Below are positions 26,120 to 35,402 of a stretch of DNA of 59,303 nt, piece by piece (position 1 is the first letter of the stretch; each line of letters opens with the position of its first letter). This stretch comes from a virus (lineage: Duplodnaviria; Caudoviricetes). The translations under genes and the position numbers were made by a program. Where the stretch lies: positions 1 to 59,303 of the IMG/VR virus record IMGVR_UViG_3300008266_000155, one strand, 5' to 3'. The notes under the pieces were generated by a model, which was not told the origin of the DNA, searched no databases, and saw only the letters and a program-made list of their open reading frames with translations.

Positions 26120-27787
26120 TCAGCCCTTGATGACGCCGTCTTCGATCCAGAGAATATCACCGTACTGGCCGAGCTTCGGCAAATCAGAGCTGGCCGGATC
26201 GGTGCATGTCTGGCCGAGGAGCGCGCTGATCTTGAGCTTGATGAGCGCGTTGAACAGCTTGGCGTAGTTCTTCTTATCCAGCGCCTCGATCCCGTCGATG
26301 ATGATGAACGGCGAGCCGTCGAGCCGGGCGATGGCAATCTGCAGGATTGCGCGGATGCACAGCCGGCGGCCGGCGCTGTGGACGCCGTATGCGAACCCGT
26401 CCCATTCGAGCGTCATGTCGGGCGCGATGTTGAGCACCGGCCATTTGGCCGCCGCGCAGATCGGGTGGATGTGGTCGACGCAGAACTCCTGCAGCTTCTT
26501 GACCAGCACCTTGCGGCGCAGGCCCTCGGGCGCGAGCACCTGCTGGATCTCGCTGTTCTTCATGATCGCCGCATGCTTGCGCGCGGCCGAGAGGATCATG
26601 CGGCGCTCCTGCGCCTTCTGCACCGCCATGCGGGCGTCAGGCAGCGCCATGGCGCCGGCATCCCCGGCCGGCCGGTCCACCAGCGCCTTCAACTCGTGCG
26701 CGGCCGTCCTGGCGGCTTCCAGCGCTGACTGCGCGGTCGCCCGCTGCGCGATGGCCGTCTGCAGCGCGGCGCGGTTGTTGGCCATCTCGCCGTCGATGCG
26801 GGCGATCGTCGCGCGCACCTTCTTCAACTCGGACTCGCTGGGCGGCGACGTCGGCGCCTTCTGCAGCACCGACACGCCGGGCCCGGTCGCGTGCAGGATC
26901 AGCGCGCCGCCGCAGTGCGGGCACGGCATGGGGTTCTCGGAGGGCGGCAGCTCGACCGCTCGCTTGTCGGCTTCCAGCTTGCGCGTCAGCTCCTCGCACG
27001 CTTTGACCGCCTCCTTGGCGAGATCGTATGCGACCTCGCGCTCGGCGACCGTGGACGCGATGTCGGAGAGCCGGCTGACTTCCGCCTGATCGATGGCCGT
27101 GGCGGCGACCGCCTTTTCTAGATCGGCCTGGGCGATGACGATGGCGTTCTCGATGTCGTCGACCGACATCTTGATGTCGTCGGGCGTCATCTCGTCCATG
27201 CGCCATGTGGCGCCAATGTTGGAGCCCCAGCGCTTCTGGCCTGTGATCTCCTCCCAGCCGCCCTTGAGCTTCGTGCCCGATGCGATCGCTTCCTTGTACG
27301 AGGCATCCCAGCCGCTCGCCTCGATGGCCGCCCATATCTTCTCGGCCATGGGCTCGCTGACGCCGAAGTCGGCGACCGCGGCTTTCAGATCGTCGATCGT
27401 CGGCCGCGCCTTGATGTGCTGGCCGAGCTGCTGGATCGCGTCATCGCGTGCCATGTCGGCGATCGATTCCAGCCCGGCCGCGATCGGCGAGAGCTTGGGC
27501 GCGACGCCTTCGACATAGATCTCAGCCTTGGGGAATGCGAGCCGCACCAGCCCGTCAGGCCCGTCGACGCGGATGCTGCCGGCTTCTTCGCCGCGCCGCA
27601 CCAGCTCGATCGCGGTGGCCTTGGTGAAGCCCGGCGGGAGCTTATTGCCGGTGGCCGCCAGCGCGACGCCCTGCAGCAGGCTCGATTTGCCGGCGCCGTT
27701 GAGCCCGGCGACGAGCACGATCGGCCCGCCATCGATGTCGGCGCGCTCGACGGCCCTGAAATTGCGCACGGTGATCTTGAGTGTCAT
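26120..27787 (-). CDS. Rad50/SbcC-like ABC ATPase
   Basis: 'VRNF', Walker A GLNGAGKSS, Zn-hook CPHCG, signature HSAG, Walker B IIIDG. Confidence 0.85.
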   Translation of the reverse strand: MTLKITVRNFRAVERADIDGGPIVLVAGLNGAGKSSLLQGVALAATGNKLPPGFTKATAIELVRRGEEAGSIRVDGPDGLVRLAFPKAEIYVEGVAPKLSPIAAGLESIADMARDDAIQQLGQHIKARPTIDDLKAAVADFGVSEPMAEKIWAAIEASGWDASYKEAIASGTKLKGGWEEITGQKRWGSNIGATWRMDEMTPDDIKMSVDDIENAIVIAQADLEKAVAATAIDQAEVSRLSDIASTVAEREVAYDLAKEAVKACEELTRKLEADKRAVELPPSENPMPCPHCGGALILHATGPGVSVLQKAPTSPPSESELKKVRATIARIDGEMANNRAALQTAIAQRATAQSALEAARTAAHELKALVDRPAGDAGAMALPDARMAVQKAQERRMILSAARKHAAIMKNSEIQQVLAPEGLRRKVLVKKLQEFCVDHIHPICAAAKWPVLNIAPDMTLEWDGFAYGVHSAGRRLCIRAILQIAIARLDGSPFIIIDGIEALDKKNYAKLFNALIKLKISALLGQTCTDPASSDLPKLGQYGDILWIEDGVIKG

Positions 27788-27856
27788 CGGTCCCTGTCCT
27801 GTCGCGAGGATGGTGACGGCGGGCACCAGCGCCCGCCGTCGTGTCTCAATCGGAGA

Positions 27857-29149
27857 CTAGCTATTGCCGCCGAACACGTCAATTTCGCCGTCGTCGACCG
27901 GCGCTGCAGCCTTCGCAGCAGCGCGCTCGGCCGCCTTGGCGCGCTTCCGCACGACCTCGGTGTAGCCGTAGGCGGTGTCGAGCACGGCGCGCGGCATGGC
28001 CTGAATGCGATCGGCCCACTCGTCGGTCACCGCGTCGAGCTGCGCCAGGGTGGTGACGTCTTGCAGCGCCTTGGCGAACGCCGCGAGGATGTTGCGCTGG
28101 CCGTCGGTGAACCCGTCCTCGCCGACCGGCTCGGCCGCCTCGTCGACCTCGCCCGTCTCCGGATCGTGGGGAACTTCGTTTGCCGGTTCGGTCGAACGAG
28201 TTTCCCTTGACGGCTCCTCTGCCGCCTTCACCGGCTCCTTCGGCGCGTCGGCTTTCGGCTCGGCTTTGGCCGCGCGCGGCGTCCGCTTCCTGCCTTCCGC
28301 TGCTTCGGCCGCCTTGTCTGCGGTGATCTCGGCCGCGTCTTCCAGCGACGGATAGACCTCGTCGGGCGACAGAAACCCCTCCTTGATGCCGCGCATTTCG
28401 GAGTAGACCCGGGCGAGGTTCTGCACGGTCCAATCTTTCTCGGCGCGGCCGACGACCGCTTCGACGCGCTTCATGTCGATCGCGGCCTCGGCCAGCACCT
28501 GATTGATGAAGCCCCAGGCGCGCTCGCGGTTGTCGGGATCGTTGAACTTGCGCACCAGCGACTTCTTGGCCTCCTCGATCGCGAAGGTGGCCAGCGAGCC
28601 GAGCGCGTTCAGCACGACGTTGCGGATCGCCTTCGAGACGGCAATCTGGAACACCATGTCGGCGGCGCGCTCGCTGTCATACTTGCCGCCGATGTTCTGC
28701 TTGATGCGCTGCTGGAACAGGCGCGAGAGCGACGTTCCGCGTTCGAGATCCACGAACCACGCCTTGATGATGATGTGGGTCGGCGTCTGCTGCACATCGC
28801 AGTCCACGCTGCAGTTGCCGTAGAGCTGGACCAGATCGTTCGCCAGCTTGATCGTGCCGCCTTCGACTAGCGTCTTGCGGCCGTTCGCCTTGTCGTTGAC
28901 CTCCCAGCTATAGGTGTACCCTTCGCCGAACTCAGCGCAGTAGCGTTTCAGCTCGGCGAGGATGCTGCCCATCTGGCGCGGCACCGCGACCTTGCGGGCA
29001 GTGACCTCGCGGGCGCCGGCGTTGATGAGGGTGGCACCGCCGAATGGCGTGTCCTGCACGGCCGGCACCTGATTGGCGCCGGTATCCCATGCGTTCGGGC
29101 GGGAGAACTCCGGCTCGGCGAGCGCGGGCATGTTCATACGGTCTTCCAT
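27857..29149 (-). CDS. Putative single-strand annealing/recombination protein
   Basis: 'VEGGTIKLANDLVQLYGN...DLERG...SKAIRNVVLNAL' core, acidic tail with 'HDPETGEV'; recombination-operon context. Confidence 0.5.
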   Translation of the reverse strand: MEDRMNMPALAEPEFSRPNAWDTGANQVPAVQDTPFGGATLINAGAREVTARKVAVPRQMGSILAELKRYCAEFGEGYTYSWEVNDKANGRKTLVEGGTIKLANDLVQLYGNCSVDCDVQQTPTHIIIKAWFVDLERGTSLSRLFQQRIKQNIGGKYDSERAADMVFQIAVSKAIRNVVLNALGSLATFAIEEAKKSLVRKFNDPDNRERAWGFINQVLAEAAIDMKRVEAVVGRAEKDWTVQNLARVYSEMRGIKEGFLSPDEVYPSLEDAAEITADKAAEAAEGRKRTPRAAKAEPKADAPKEPVKAAEEPSRETRSTEPANEVPHDPETGEVDEAAEPVGEDGFTDGQRNILAAFAKALQDVTTLAQLDAVTDEWADRIQAMPRAVLDTAYGYTEVVRKRAKAAERAAAKAAAPVDDGEIDVFGGNS

Positions 29150-29190
29150 GATCCTGATCCTTCTGTGGTGGTGGTCAGATTGCCGTCTCT

Positions 29191-29631
29191 TTATGTGACA
29201 ACTTGCCAGTCGTCCGCAAGCATGTCGGTCTGCGAGGCGAGCCAGCCGATGACGATGCTGCCGTCGGCCGCGCGCATGTCGATGTGCGGCAGGATGGCAA
29301 TCGTGTCGGGGGCGGGATCCTCAGTCGCGCGCGCCAGCGCCGCACCGGAGCGCGCCTGCATAGAGCTGATCGTGCTGCCGGGCGTCAGCGCCAGCCACAT
29401 GCCCTTGCCGTTCCAACCGGCGCGGGCGACGCGCTCGCCTGCCTTGAGCGCCGCGATGGCGTGGCCGAACGACATGGCCGTGATCGGCTGATAGTCGCGC
29501 AGGAACACCGCGTCGGGGCACCACGACGAATAGCCGTCCTGATAGGTCAGGCGCCAGCCGGGCCCCTGCTGGGCATGATATTCCGGCCAAGCCGTGACGA
29601 GCTTCGTGCTGTAGAATTTTGCGGACGCCAT
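29191..29631 (-). CDS. DUF2829 / Tad2-like anti-Thoeris/anti-CBASS sponge protein with N-terminal extension
   Basis: 'MSFGHAIAALKAGERVARAGWNGKGMWL...PHIDM...WLASQTDMLADDW'. Confidence 0.85.
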   Translation of the reverse strand: MASAKFYSTKLVTAWPEYHAQQGPGWRLTYQDGYSSWCPDAVFLRDYQPITAMSFGHAIAALKAGERVARAGWNGKGMWLALTPGSTISSMQARSGAALARATEDPAPDTIAILPHIDMRAADGSIVIGWLASQTDMLADDWQVVT

Positions 29632-30305
29632 CAGAACACGCCCTCCTCGTCGGATGCCGTCATCGGCACCATGGTTGGCACCGGCTTCGCGGTCGGGCCC
29701 TTCTTCGATGCTTCGACCCCGGCCACGCCGACCGGCTGGACGCCGAGCTGCATCAGCGCCAGGACGACGTCGCGCGTGGCGAGGCAGTCGTCGAGCGCCC
29801 CGTGCGCGGCGGTATGCTCGCGCCCGCAGAGCGCCTTGACCGCCTCCGTCAGCTTCGGCGCCTTCGACTTGCCGTTCTTGTCGACCGCCTTGGCGTGCGG
29901 CCGGGCCGCCGCCATGACCTCGAACACCGGCAGACTGTCGAACCGATCGGGATGGCCGCAGCGGCGGCGCGCGCCGCGCAGCAGCTTGAGATCGAACCGG
30001 GCCGAGTAGCCGATGTAGGTAGTGGCCTGCTCCCACATGGCATCGAGGCTCGCCAGCGCGAGCGCCATATCGACGCCCTCGTCGACCAGCTTGTCGAAGG
30101 TGATGCCGTGGACGGCGTATGCGCCCTCCTCGATCTCGGTGAATCCCTTCGGCGCGATGAGGTGGTCGAGCTGGGAGACGATGCGCAGGTCGGGCCCCTC
30201 GCAGAGCAAGGCGCCGAGCTGGATGATGTGCGGCTGCCGCGGATCGTCGGCCGCGCAGTCGAAGCGGGGCATCCCGCTGGTTTCGGTGTCCACAATCAGA
30301 AACAT
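29631..30305 (-). CDS. DEDDh 3'-5' exonuclease (DnaQ-like)
   Basis: 'IVDTETSG', 'AVHGIT', 'FDLK', 'AHGALDDC'. Confidence 0.9.
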   Translation of the reverse strand: MFLIVDTETSGMPRFDCAADDPRQPHIIQLGALLCEGPDLRIVSQLDHLIAPKGFTEIEEGAYAVHGITFDKLVDEGVDMALALASLDAMWEQATTYIGYSARFDLKLLRGARRRCGHPDRFDSLPVFEVMAAARPHAKAVDKNGKSKAPKLTEAVKALCGREHTAAHGALDDCLATRDVVLALMQLGVQPVGVAGVEASKKGPTAKPVPTMVPMTASDEEGVF

Positions 30306-30307
30306 GG

Positions 30308-31132
30308 TCAGTCGTCCTTTCGGGCTAAGGGGCACCAGCTCGTATGTGCGGCTGGGCAGAAACGGTCGCCGCACATCGCGGAGGCCGGATTGGCAAGGAA
30401 GGATTCGCGGTCGCCGCTGATCTTGAACTGCGACAGGTCGCGGGCGATGGCCTGCAAGGTGGTTTCGGCCTGCTGCTCGCAGACCGCGACGTCATAGGTC
30501 TTGGTCAGCACCGGCGGCTGGGCTTTGCGCAGCGGCACGCGCTTCACGAAGTCTTCGAGCACGTCGCCGACAGGCTCGCCATGGGCGCGGAGGAGCCGGC
30601 TGTAGGCGCCATACTGCGCGAAGTTGGCGCGCTGCTGCTTCCCGGTCTTGACGTCGCGCAGCCGGCGCGGGCGCGCGACGACGAGATCTTGCTGGCCGGA
30701 CAGGATCAGCCCCGTCGGGTGCCGCGCCTTCAAGCGCCGCTCGACCACGACAGGCTCGACATAGTGGCCGACCTGATCGCGATAGGCGCGGGCCAGGCGG
30801 CGAACCTGCATCTGCGCGTCGGAGAGATCCGGGCTGACCTCGTCGTAGTTGACCCCGTCAGCCTCGGCCATGCGGGTTTCCAGCTCGGCCATGCCGGCGT
30901 CAATGCTGTGCTGCAGCGGCGGCAGCTCGTCATGGTCCAGCTTGTGCTGCATGTCGGCCGCGACCGCGCTATGCGTGCCGGAGCCGATCAGGGCGCCGAT
31001 GTTCTGCGGGATCGAGCGCACGGTATAGCCGGCGATCGCCAGCAGCCCGGAGAGCTGCTGCGCGGCCCAACGGCGCGGGCAGTCGCTGTATCCGGTCAGG
31101 CTCGAGGCCCGCACGGTAAGGTCATCTGACAT
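30308..31132 (-). CDS. PD-(D/E)XK exonuclease (RecB/Cas4-like)
   Basis: 'RASSL..YSDCPRRW', 'GSGTH', 'LSGQQD...DVKTG', 'QYGAY', C-terminal C-x4-C-x6-C. Confidence 0.8.
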   Translation of the reverse strand: MSDDLTVRASSLTGYSDCPRRWAAQQLSGLLAIAGYTVRSIPQNIGALIGSGTHSAVAADMQHKLDHDELPPLQHSIDAGMAELETRMAEADGVNYDEVSPDLSDAQMQVRRLARAYRDQVGHYVEPVVVERRLKARHPTGLILSGQQDLVVARPRRLRDVKTGKQQRANFAQYGAYSRLLRAHGEPVGDVLEDFVKRVPLRKAQPPVLTKTYDVAVCEQQAETTLQAIARDLSQFKISGDRESFLANPASAMCGDRFCPAAHTSWCPLARKDD

Positions 31133-31151
31133 CGGGTGGCCGCGTCCTATG

Positions 31152-31268
31152 TGTCACCGAAAGAGACAAGGCACGAGCCGGGCCGGCAAGTCAAGGCTGT
31201 GGACGGCTCATTGACAGCGCCCCCGGGCGGTGGTTACGGATTGAGACATTCTGCCACCATAGGAGACG
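31152..31268. promoter_or_regulatory. Divergent promoter region with three 17-bp operator-like palindromes
   Basis: TGTCAC-N5-GAGACA at 31152, GGTTAC-N5-GAGACA at 31232, TGCCAC-N5-GAGACG at 31252. TTGACA at 31211 (+) and TTGACT at 31194-31189 (-). Confidence 0.65.
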
Positions 31269-31275
31269 ATGGGCG

Positions 31276-31506
31276 ATGTCCGACGACAAAGACCCGGCCC
31301 TCATCGAGAGCCATACCGCCATGCTCGCCAAGATCGGCAGCGGCCAGCAGGTCGCGCAGCGGCTGGGCAACGGCATCACCGACAAGATGGTCCGTCAGTG
31401 GCGCTGGCGCGGCAGGATCCCGTACCGCTGGCGCCCGTTCGTCGTGGCGTACCTGCAGCGCGAGGGCTTCCGGGTGCCGAAGACCTTCATCATGGAATCG
31501 AAGTGA
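31276..31506 (+). CDS. Cro-like HTH regulator
   Basis: 76 aa; '[28 protein letters not shown]' Cro/YdaS-like pattern; first gene of a divergent operon. Confidence 0.65.
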   Translation: MSDDKDPALIESHTAMLAKIGSGQQVAQRLGNGITDKMVRQWRWRGRIPYRWRPFVVAYLQREGFRVPKTFIMESK

Positions 31507-31997
31507 TGGACGACCTCATCCAGGGCGGCCAGCTCAAGTCCGTCGTCGAGCGCATCGAGCGCTTGGACGAGGAAAAGAGGACGATCAGCGAGGACATCAA
31601 GGAGGTTTACCACGAGGCCCGCGCCAACGGTTACGACGTCAAGGTGCTGCGCAAGGCGATCGCGCTGCGCAAGCGCGACATCAACGAGCGCCGCGAGGAG
31701 GAGGCCATTCTCGACCTCTACATGCAGGCACTCGGCGAGGAGCGCGACGTGGCGCCCGCGCCGCCACCGCGCGTCGGCATGAGCGCGAAGCCCACCAAGC
31801 TTGAGAAGGCCGCCGCCGCGCTGGCGCAGACCCTCAACGAGCACGGCGGCAGCATGGAGGTGGTCGCGGGCGAAGGCTCGGTGTTCGCCGCTGCTGGCGA
31901 GGCAGCCAAGGCCGCCGGCGCTGACGTCAAGATCACGGTGGTCAAGCGGCCGCCAGAGCGCGACAGCGACCCGTTCGGCGAGGGGCTGGCGGAATGA
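31506..31997 (+). CDS. gapR: GapR-like nucleoid-associated protein (DUF2312) with C-terminal extension
   Basis: '[48 protein letters not shown]...[14 protein letters not shown]'. Confidence 0.9.
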   Translation: MDDLIQGGQLKSVVERIERLDEEKRTISEDIKEVYHEARANGYDVKVLRKAIALRKRDINERREEEAILDLYMQALGEERDVAPAPPPRVGMSAKPTKLEKAAAALAQTLNEHGGSMEVVAGEGSVFAAAGEAAKAAGADVKITVVKRPPERDSDPFGEGLAE

Positions 31998-32623
31998 CCC
32001 ACCACACCCTCACCGCCTCCGTGCCGACCCACCTCTACGGCTTGGTGGACATGCACATCCTGACGGGCTTCGAGAGCCCGATCGGCGCGGCGTTCGAGCC
32101 CTGTGTTGTGATCGGCGTGACCAGCCGGCCGAGCCGCGCGCTGCACTTCGAGATCCTGTGCGAGAGCGGCGCGAAGTGGGCGAACATCCCGCTCCACATG
32201 CTGCGCTGGGAGAAGCCGACGGTCGAGGCGCCGCCGCACCCGCTGCATGAGCTGCAGGCGTGGGACTGCCATGGCTGGGACTTCGCGGCGTTCAAGCTCG
32301 ACTATCTGTTCGAGATGGGATGCACGATCCTGACGCCGCGCAAGCAGGCGATCGACGGCCACTATTGGTTTACGGTCGATCACACCGACAACGGGTTCTC
32401 GCTCTACCCGCCCGAGCACAAGAACTACAATCTGATCCTGCTGGAAGACGGCAGCGGCCAGATCGCGGCGATGCCGAACAACCGGATCCGGTGGAAGGAC
32501 CATTCGTTCTGCCGGCCCGGGCCGCTGCCGCCCTATCGCGTGATGCCCGAGACGACGTGGCACGCCGAGCAGGGCCCGACGAACCCGCAGGACAGCGCGT
32601 TCACGCAGGACAGCGACGCATGA
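31994..32623 (+). CDS. Conserved phage hypothetical protein
   Basis: 'LQAWDC...YWFTVD...HK...[11 protein letters not shown]' pattern recalled from phage proteins; ATGA coupling. Confidence 0.7.
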   Translation: MTHHTLTASVPTHLYGLVDMHILTGFESPIGAAFEPCVVIGVTSRPSRALHFEILCESGAKWANIPLHMLRWEKPTVEAPPHPLHELQAWDCHGWDFAAFKLDYLFEMGCTILTPRKQAIDGHYWFTVDHTDNGFSLYPPEHKNYNLILLEDGSGQIAAMPNNRIRWKDHSFCRPGPLPPYRVMPETTWHAEQGPTNPQDSAFTQDSDA

Positions 32624-33189
32624 CCTGGGCGCTCGGCAATCTCCGGCCGCTGTCCTACGACCTGATCGTGATCGACCCGCCATGGTCGTTCGTGAATTAT
32701 AGCGCGGCCGGCGAGAGCAAAGGCCCGGCCGCGCAGTACGACACGCTGTCGTGCGAGGAGATTGCCGAGCGCTTCCCGGTTGGCCAGCTCGCGGGTGGCG
32801 ACTGCCTGCTGCTGTGCTGGGCGACGCAGGCGTTGATGGACCGGCAAATCGATTGCGTGAAGCGCTGGGGCTTCGCCTACAGATCGTTCTTCTCATGGGA
32901 AAAGGTCTTCGAGAGCGGCAAGCCCGCGGTCGGCACCGGCTACCGCGTCCGCTCGATGGCCGAGCCGATCATCGTGGCCACCATCGGCGAGCCCAAGCAC
33001 AAGGCGTTCCCCGGCCTGTTCAAGGGGATCCGGCGCGAGCACAGCCGCAAGCCGGAGAGCTTCTACGAGCTGGTCGAGGACCGATGCCCGAAACTGTTTC
33101 GCCGCGCCGACATCTTCGCGCGGCAGACCCGGCCCGGCTGGGAGAGCTTTGGAAATGAAGCCACGAAATTCGACGCGAGGGCAGCATGA
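32620..33189 (+). CDS. MT-A70 family adenine methyltransferase
   Basis: 'IVIDPPW', 'LLCWAT', 'WGFAY', 'REHSRKPE', 'IFARQTRPGW..FGNE'. Confidence 0.9.
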   Translation: MTWALGNLRPLSYDLIVIDPPWSFVNYSAAGESKGPAAQYDTLSCEEIAERFPVGQLAGGDCLLLCWATQALMDRQIDCVKRWGFAYRSFFSWEKVFESGKPAVGTGYRVRSMAEPIIVATIGEPKHKAFPGLFKGIRREHSRKPESFYELVEDRCPKLFRRADIFARQTRPGWESFGNEATKFDARAA

Positions 33190-33452
33190 CCTTGACGATG
33201 ACGCTTCTGACGCACTGCCGGAGCTGCGGGCGCGTGTTCCCGCAGCAGAGAGCGAAGGCCCATGGGCTGATGTGCCGCGGCGGGCCGGAGATGCAGTTCC
33301 CGGCCACGCAGGATCAGGTGGACGCCTACGAGGCCGCGCGCCTGGCGGAATCGGTCGAGCAAGAGCGCATCGCCGCCGGCCCGGTCCCGCCCCCGCCGAG
33401 GAGGCGCCGACGCCGTGGCAACAATACGATCAGGATCGTCGGCGCCGAGTGA
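33186..33452 (+). CDS. Hypothetical protein, possible Zn finger
   Basis: CRSCG...H...C; overlapping start/stop codons. Confidence 0.55.
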   Translation: MTLTMTLLTHCRSCGRVFPQQRAKAHGLMCRGGPEMQFPATQDQVDAYEAARLAESVEQERIAAGPVPPPPRRRRRRGNNTIRIVGAE

Positions 33453-33637
33453 TGGAGCTGATCGACAACCTGAGCCCGCACCAGCGCGCGATGGTTGCCG
33501 AGTATGGATGGAACGTCGTGTGGTCGCTGATGCGACGCGGCGCGCGAACGCCCGAATTGCTTGAGAGCTGCTGCCGGCAGCACCGGCTGGACAACGAGAT
33601 GGCGAAGGGACTGACCGATGACGACGATCGAATTTGA
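33452..33637 (+). CDS. Hypothetical protein
   Basis: TGATG coupling; MELIDNLSPHQRAMVAEYG... Confidence 0.55.
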   Translation: MELIDNLSPHQRAMVAEYGWNVVWSLMRRGARTPELLESCCRQHRLDNEMAKGLTDDDDRI

Positions 33638-33914
33638 GGCGCTGACGGACCAGCAAGGCCAAATCGCGGGCGATTTCGGCGCGCATGCAACGAAGCAGTG
33701 CCTCGATGTGGTGATGCGCGCGATGGAGCTGGTCGAGCATCCCGCGCAGGCGCAAATCATCGCCGTCATAGCCGCGTGCGGCATGATCAGCGCGGCCATG
33801 GGATCCGTGCTCGGCCAGCACCCAGACCTGCCGCGCGCAAAGGCTCGCGACCTTGTCCTGGCGGCCATCGGCGAGCTGATGGACGACGAGAGCCTGCAGG
33901 GGATCGAGACATGA
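33618..33914 (+). CDS. Hypothetical protein
   Basis: RBS; operon context. Confidence 0.55.
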   Translation: MTTIEFEALTDQQGQIAGDFGAHATKQCLDVVMRAMELVEHPAQAQIIAVIAACGMISAAMGSVLGQHPDLPRAKARDLVLAAIGELMDDESLQGIET

Positions 33915-34108
33915 GCTTCACCTACCAGCAGAAGCAGAAGGCGGCCGAGCGCGAAGCGCGCATGCGGCGGCGTGTCTATCCCAAGCTGGTCGAGCGCGGC
34001 CAGCTCACAGACCAAGCGGCAAAAGAAGGCATCGGCATCATGGAGGCCATCGCCGCCGACTATGCCGCAGCCATCGCGGCCGAGAGCGCCAAGGGGAGGT
34101 TGCTATGA
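33911..34108 (+). CDS. Conserved small phage protein
   Basis: 'EREARMRRRVYPKLVERG' motif; ATGA coupling. Confidence 0.65.
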   Translation: MSFTYQQKQKAAEREARMRRRVYPKLVERGQLTDQAAKEGIGIMEAIAADYAAAIAAESAKGRLL

Positions 34109-34587
34109 AGGTCGCGTCATGGCTGCTGCGCCTGATGACCCGCATGCGCTTGGCGCCCGGGATCAAGCTGGGCCCCGAGGACCGTCTCGCGATCGAGGTG
34201 GCCGACGCTTGCCGCGCGTGGACGCTGCAAGGTCGGCTGCGCGCCGTGTGGTGGCACAGCGCAGGCGAGGTGGGCGGCGCCAACGCGCAGGCCCGCATGG
34301 CGCTGGCGAAGGCGCTGGGGCTGATCGCAGGCACGCCGGATCTTGTGTTCATCGGGCGCGGCGAGGCGCCTGCTGCTGAACCTGTTCGGTTCGGCTCACT
34401 GCACCGCGCTTTGCTGATCGAGCTGAAAGCCCCGAAAGGGCGCCGCACCGACAACCAGGCTGACTTTGCCGCATGGGCCAGCCACAACGACATCGCCTAT
34501 CTGATTTGCCGCAGCTTCGACGAGGTTGAGGAGGCGCTGGTCAAGCACGGGCTATTGACGCCAGTCGCGAAGCCGGACCACAAATGA
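34105..34587 (+). CDS. VRR-NUC domain nuclease
   Basis: 'GLIAGTPDL...IELKAPKGR.TDNQ..F...ICRS'. Confidence 0.8.
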   Translation: MKVASWLLRLMTRMRLAPGIKLGPEDRLAIEVADACRAWTLQGRLRAVWWHSAGEVGGANAQARMALAKALGLIAGTPDLVFIGRGEAPAAEPVRFGSLHRALLIELKAPKGRRTDNQADFAAWASHNDIAYLICRSFDEVEEALVKHGLLTPVAKPDHK

Positions 34588-34658
34588 ACGAGGCCGGGAG
34601 CGACGCGACTCGCTCGACCGGCCTCTACCGCAACGAGCCCGAGGAGGGGCGCGAAACG

Positions 34659-35402
34659 ATGACCGACCTAACCAAAAACTCGATCAGAACGCAAGAGGAA
34701 CGGGGAGCGGTGCACCCCATCCTGTTCCAGCCGCCGATGGTGCGCGCGCTCATCGCCGGCACCAAGACGCAGACACGCCGGCTGCTGAAGCCGCAGCCGC
34801 CGGCCGACAGCGGCCCGCTGACATGGACGGCCTATCACCCGACCAAGGTAGACCGGCACGGCGAGGAGTATCCGGGCCCGCTCACGCTGGGCGCCAGCAG
34901 CGAAGACGGATCCTTCGCGACGCCGATCAGGATCACTCCCGGTGACCGGCTATGGGTGCGCGAGGCGTGGCGGGCGGATGAGGCTGTGGACGTCCTCAGG
35001 CCACGCGATATGAGCCCCGCTCTGCCAATCTGCTACGAGGCCGATCGCCATGAGCGCGAGAGCAACGCCGTCCGCTTCAAAGCCGGCAAGCTGCGGCCGT
35101 CGATGTTCATGCCGCGCTGGGCCTCGCGCCTGACGCTGGCCGTCACCGACGTCCGCGTCCAGCGGCTGCTAGAGATCAGTCGGGACGACGCCATCGCGGA
35201 GGGACTGACCCAACTGCCGGCATCTGGTCGCTGGGTTGTCGAGCGCGGCGATCAGTATTTCGGGTTAGCCGATCACGATCCTCGCAGCGTCTATTCGATG
35301 CTGTGGGAGCGCATCAACGGCGAAGGCTCGTCGTTCAAAAACCCCTGGGTGGTCGCCTACAGCTTCCGCGTTGAGCGCCGCAACATCGACGCCGCGCCAT
35401 GA
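34659..35402 (+). CDS. ASCH/PUA-like phage protein
   Basis: 'PILF..PMVRALIAGTKTQTRR', 'GDRLWVREAW', 'PSMFMPRWASR', 'NPWVVAYSF'; GAGGAGG RBS before 34659. Confidence 0.75.
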   Translation: MTDLTKNSIRTQEERGAVHPILFQPPMVRALIAGTKTQTRRLLKPQPPADSGPLTWTAYHPTKVDRHGEEYPGPLTLGASSEDGSFATPIRITPGDRLWVREAWRADEAVDVLRPRDMSPALPICYEADRHERESNAVRFKAGKLRPSMFMPRWASRLTLAVTDVRVQRLLEISRDDAIAEGLTQLPASGRWVVERGDQYFGLADHDPRSVYSMLWERINGEGSSFKNPWVVAYSFRVERRNIDAAP

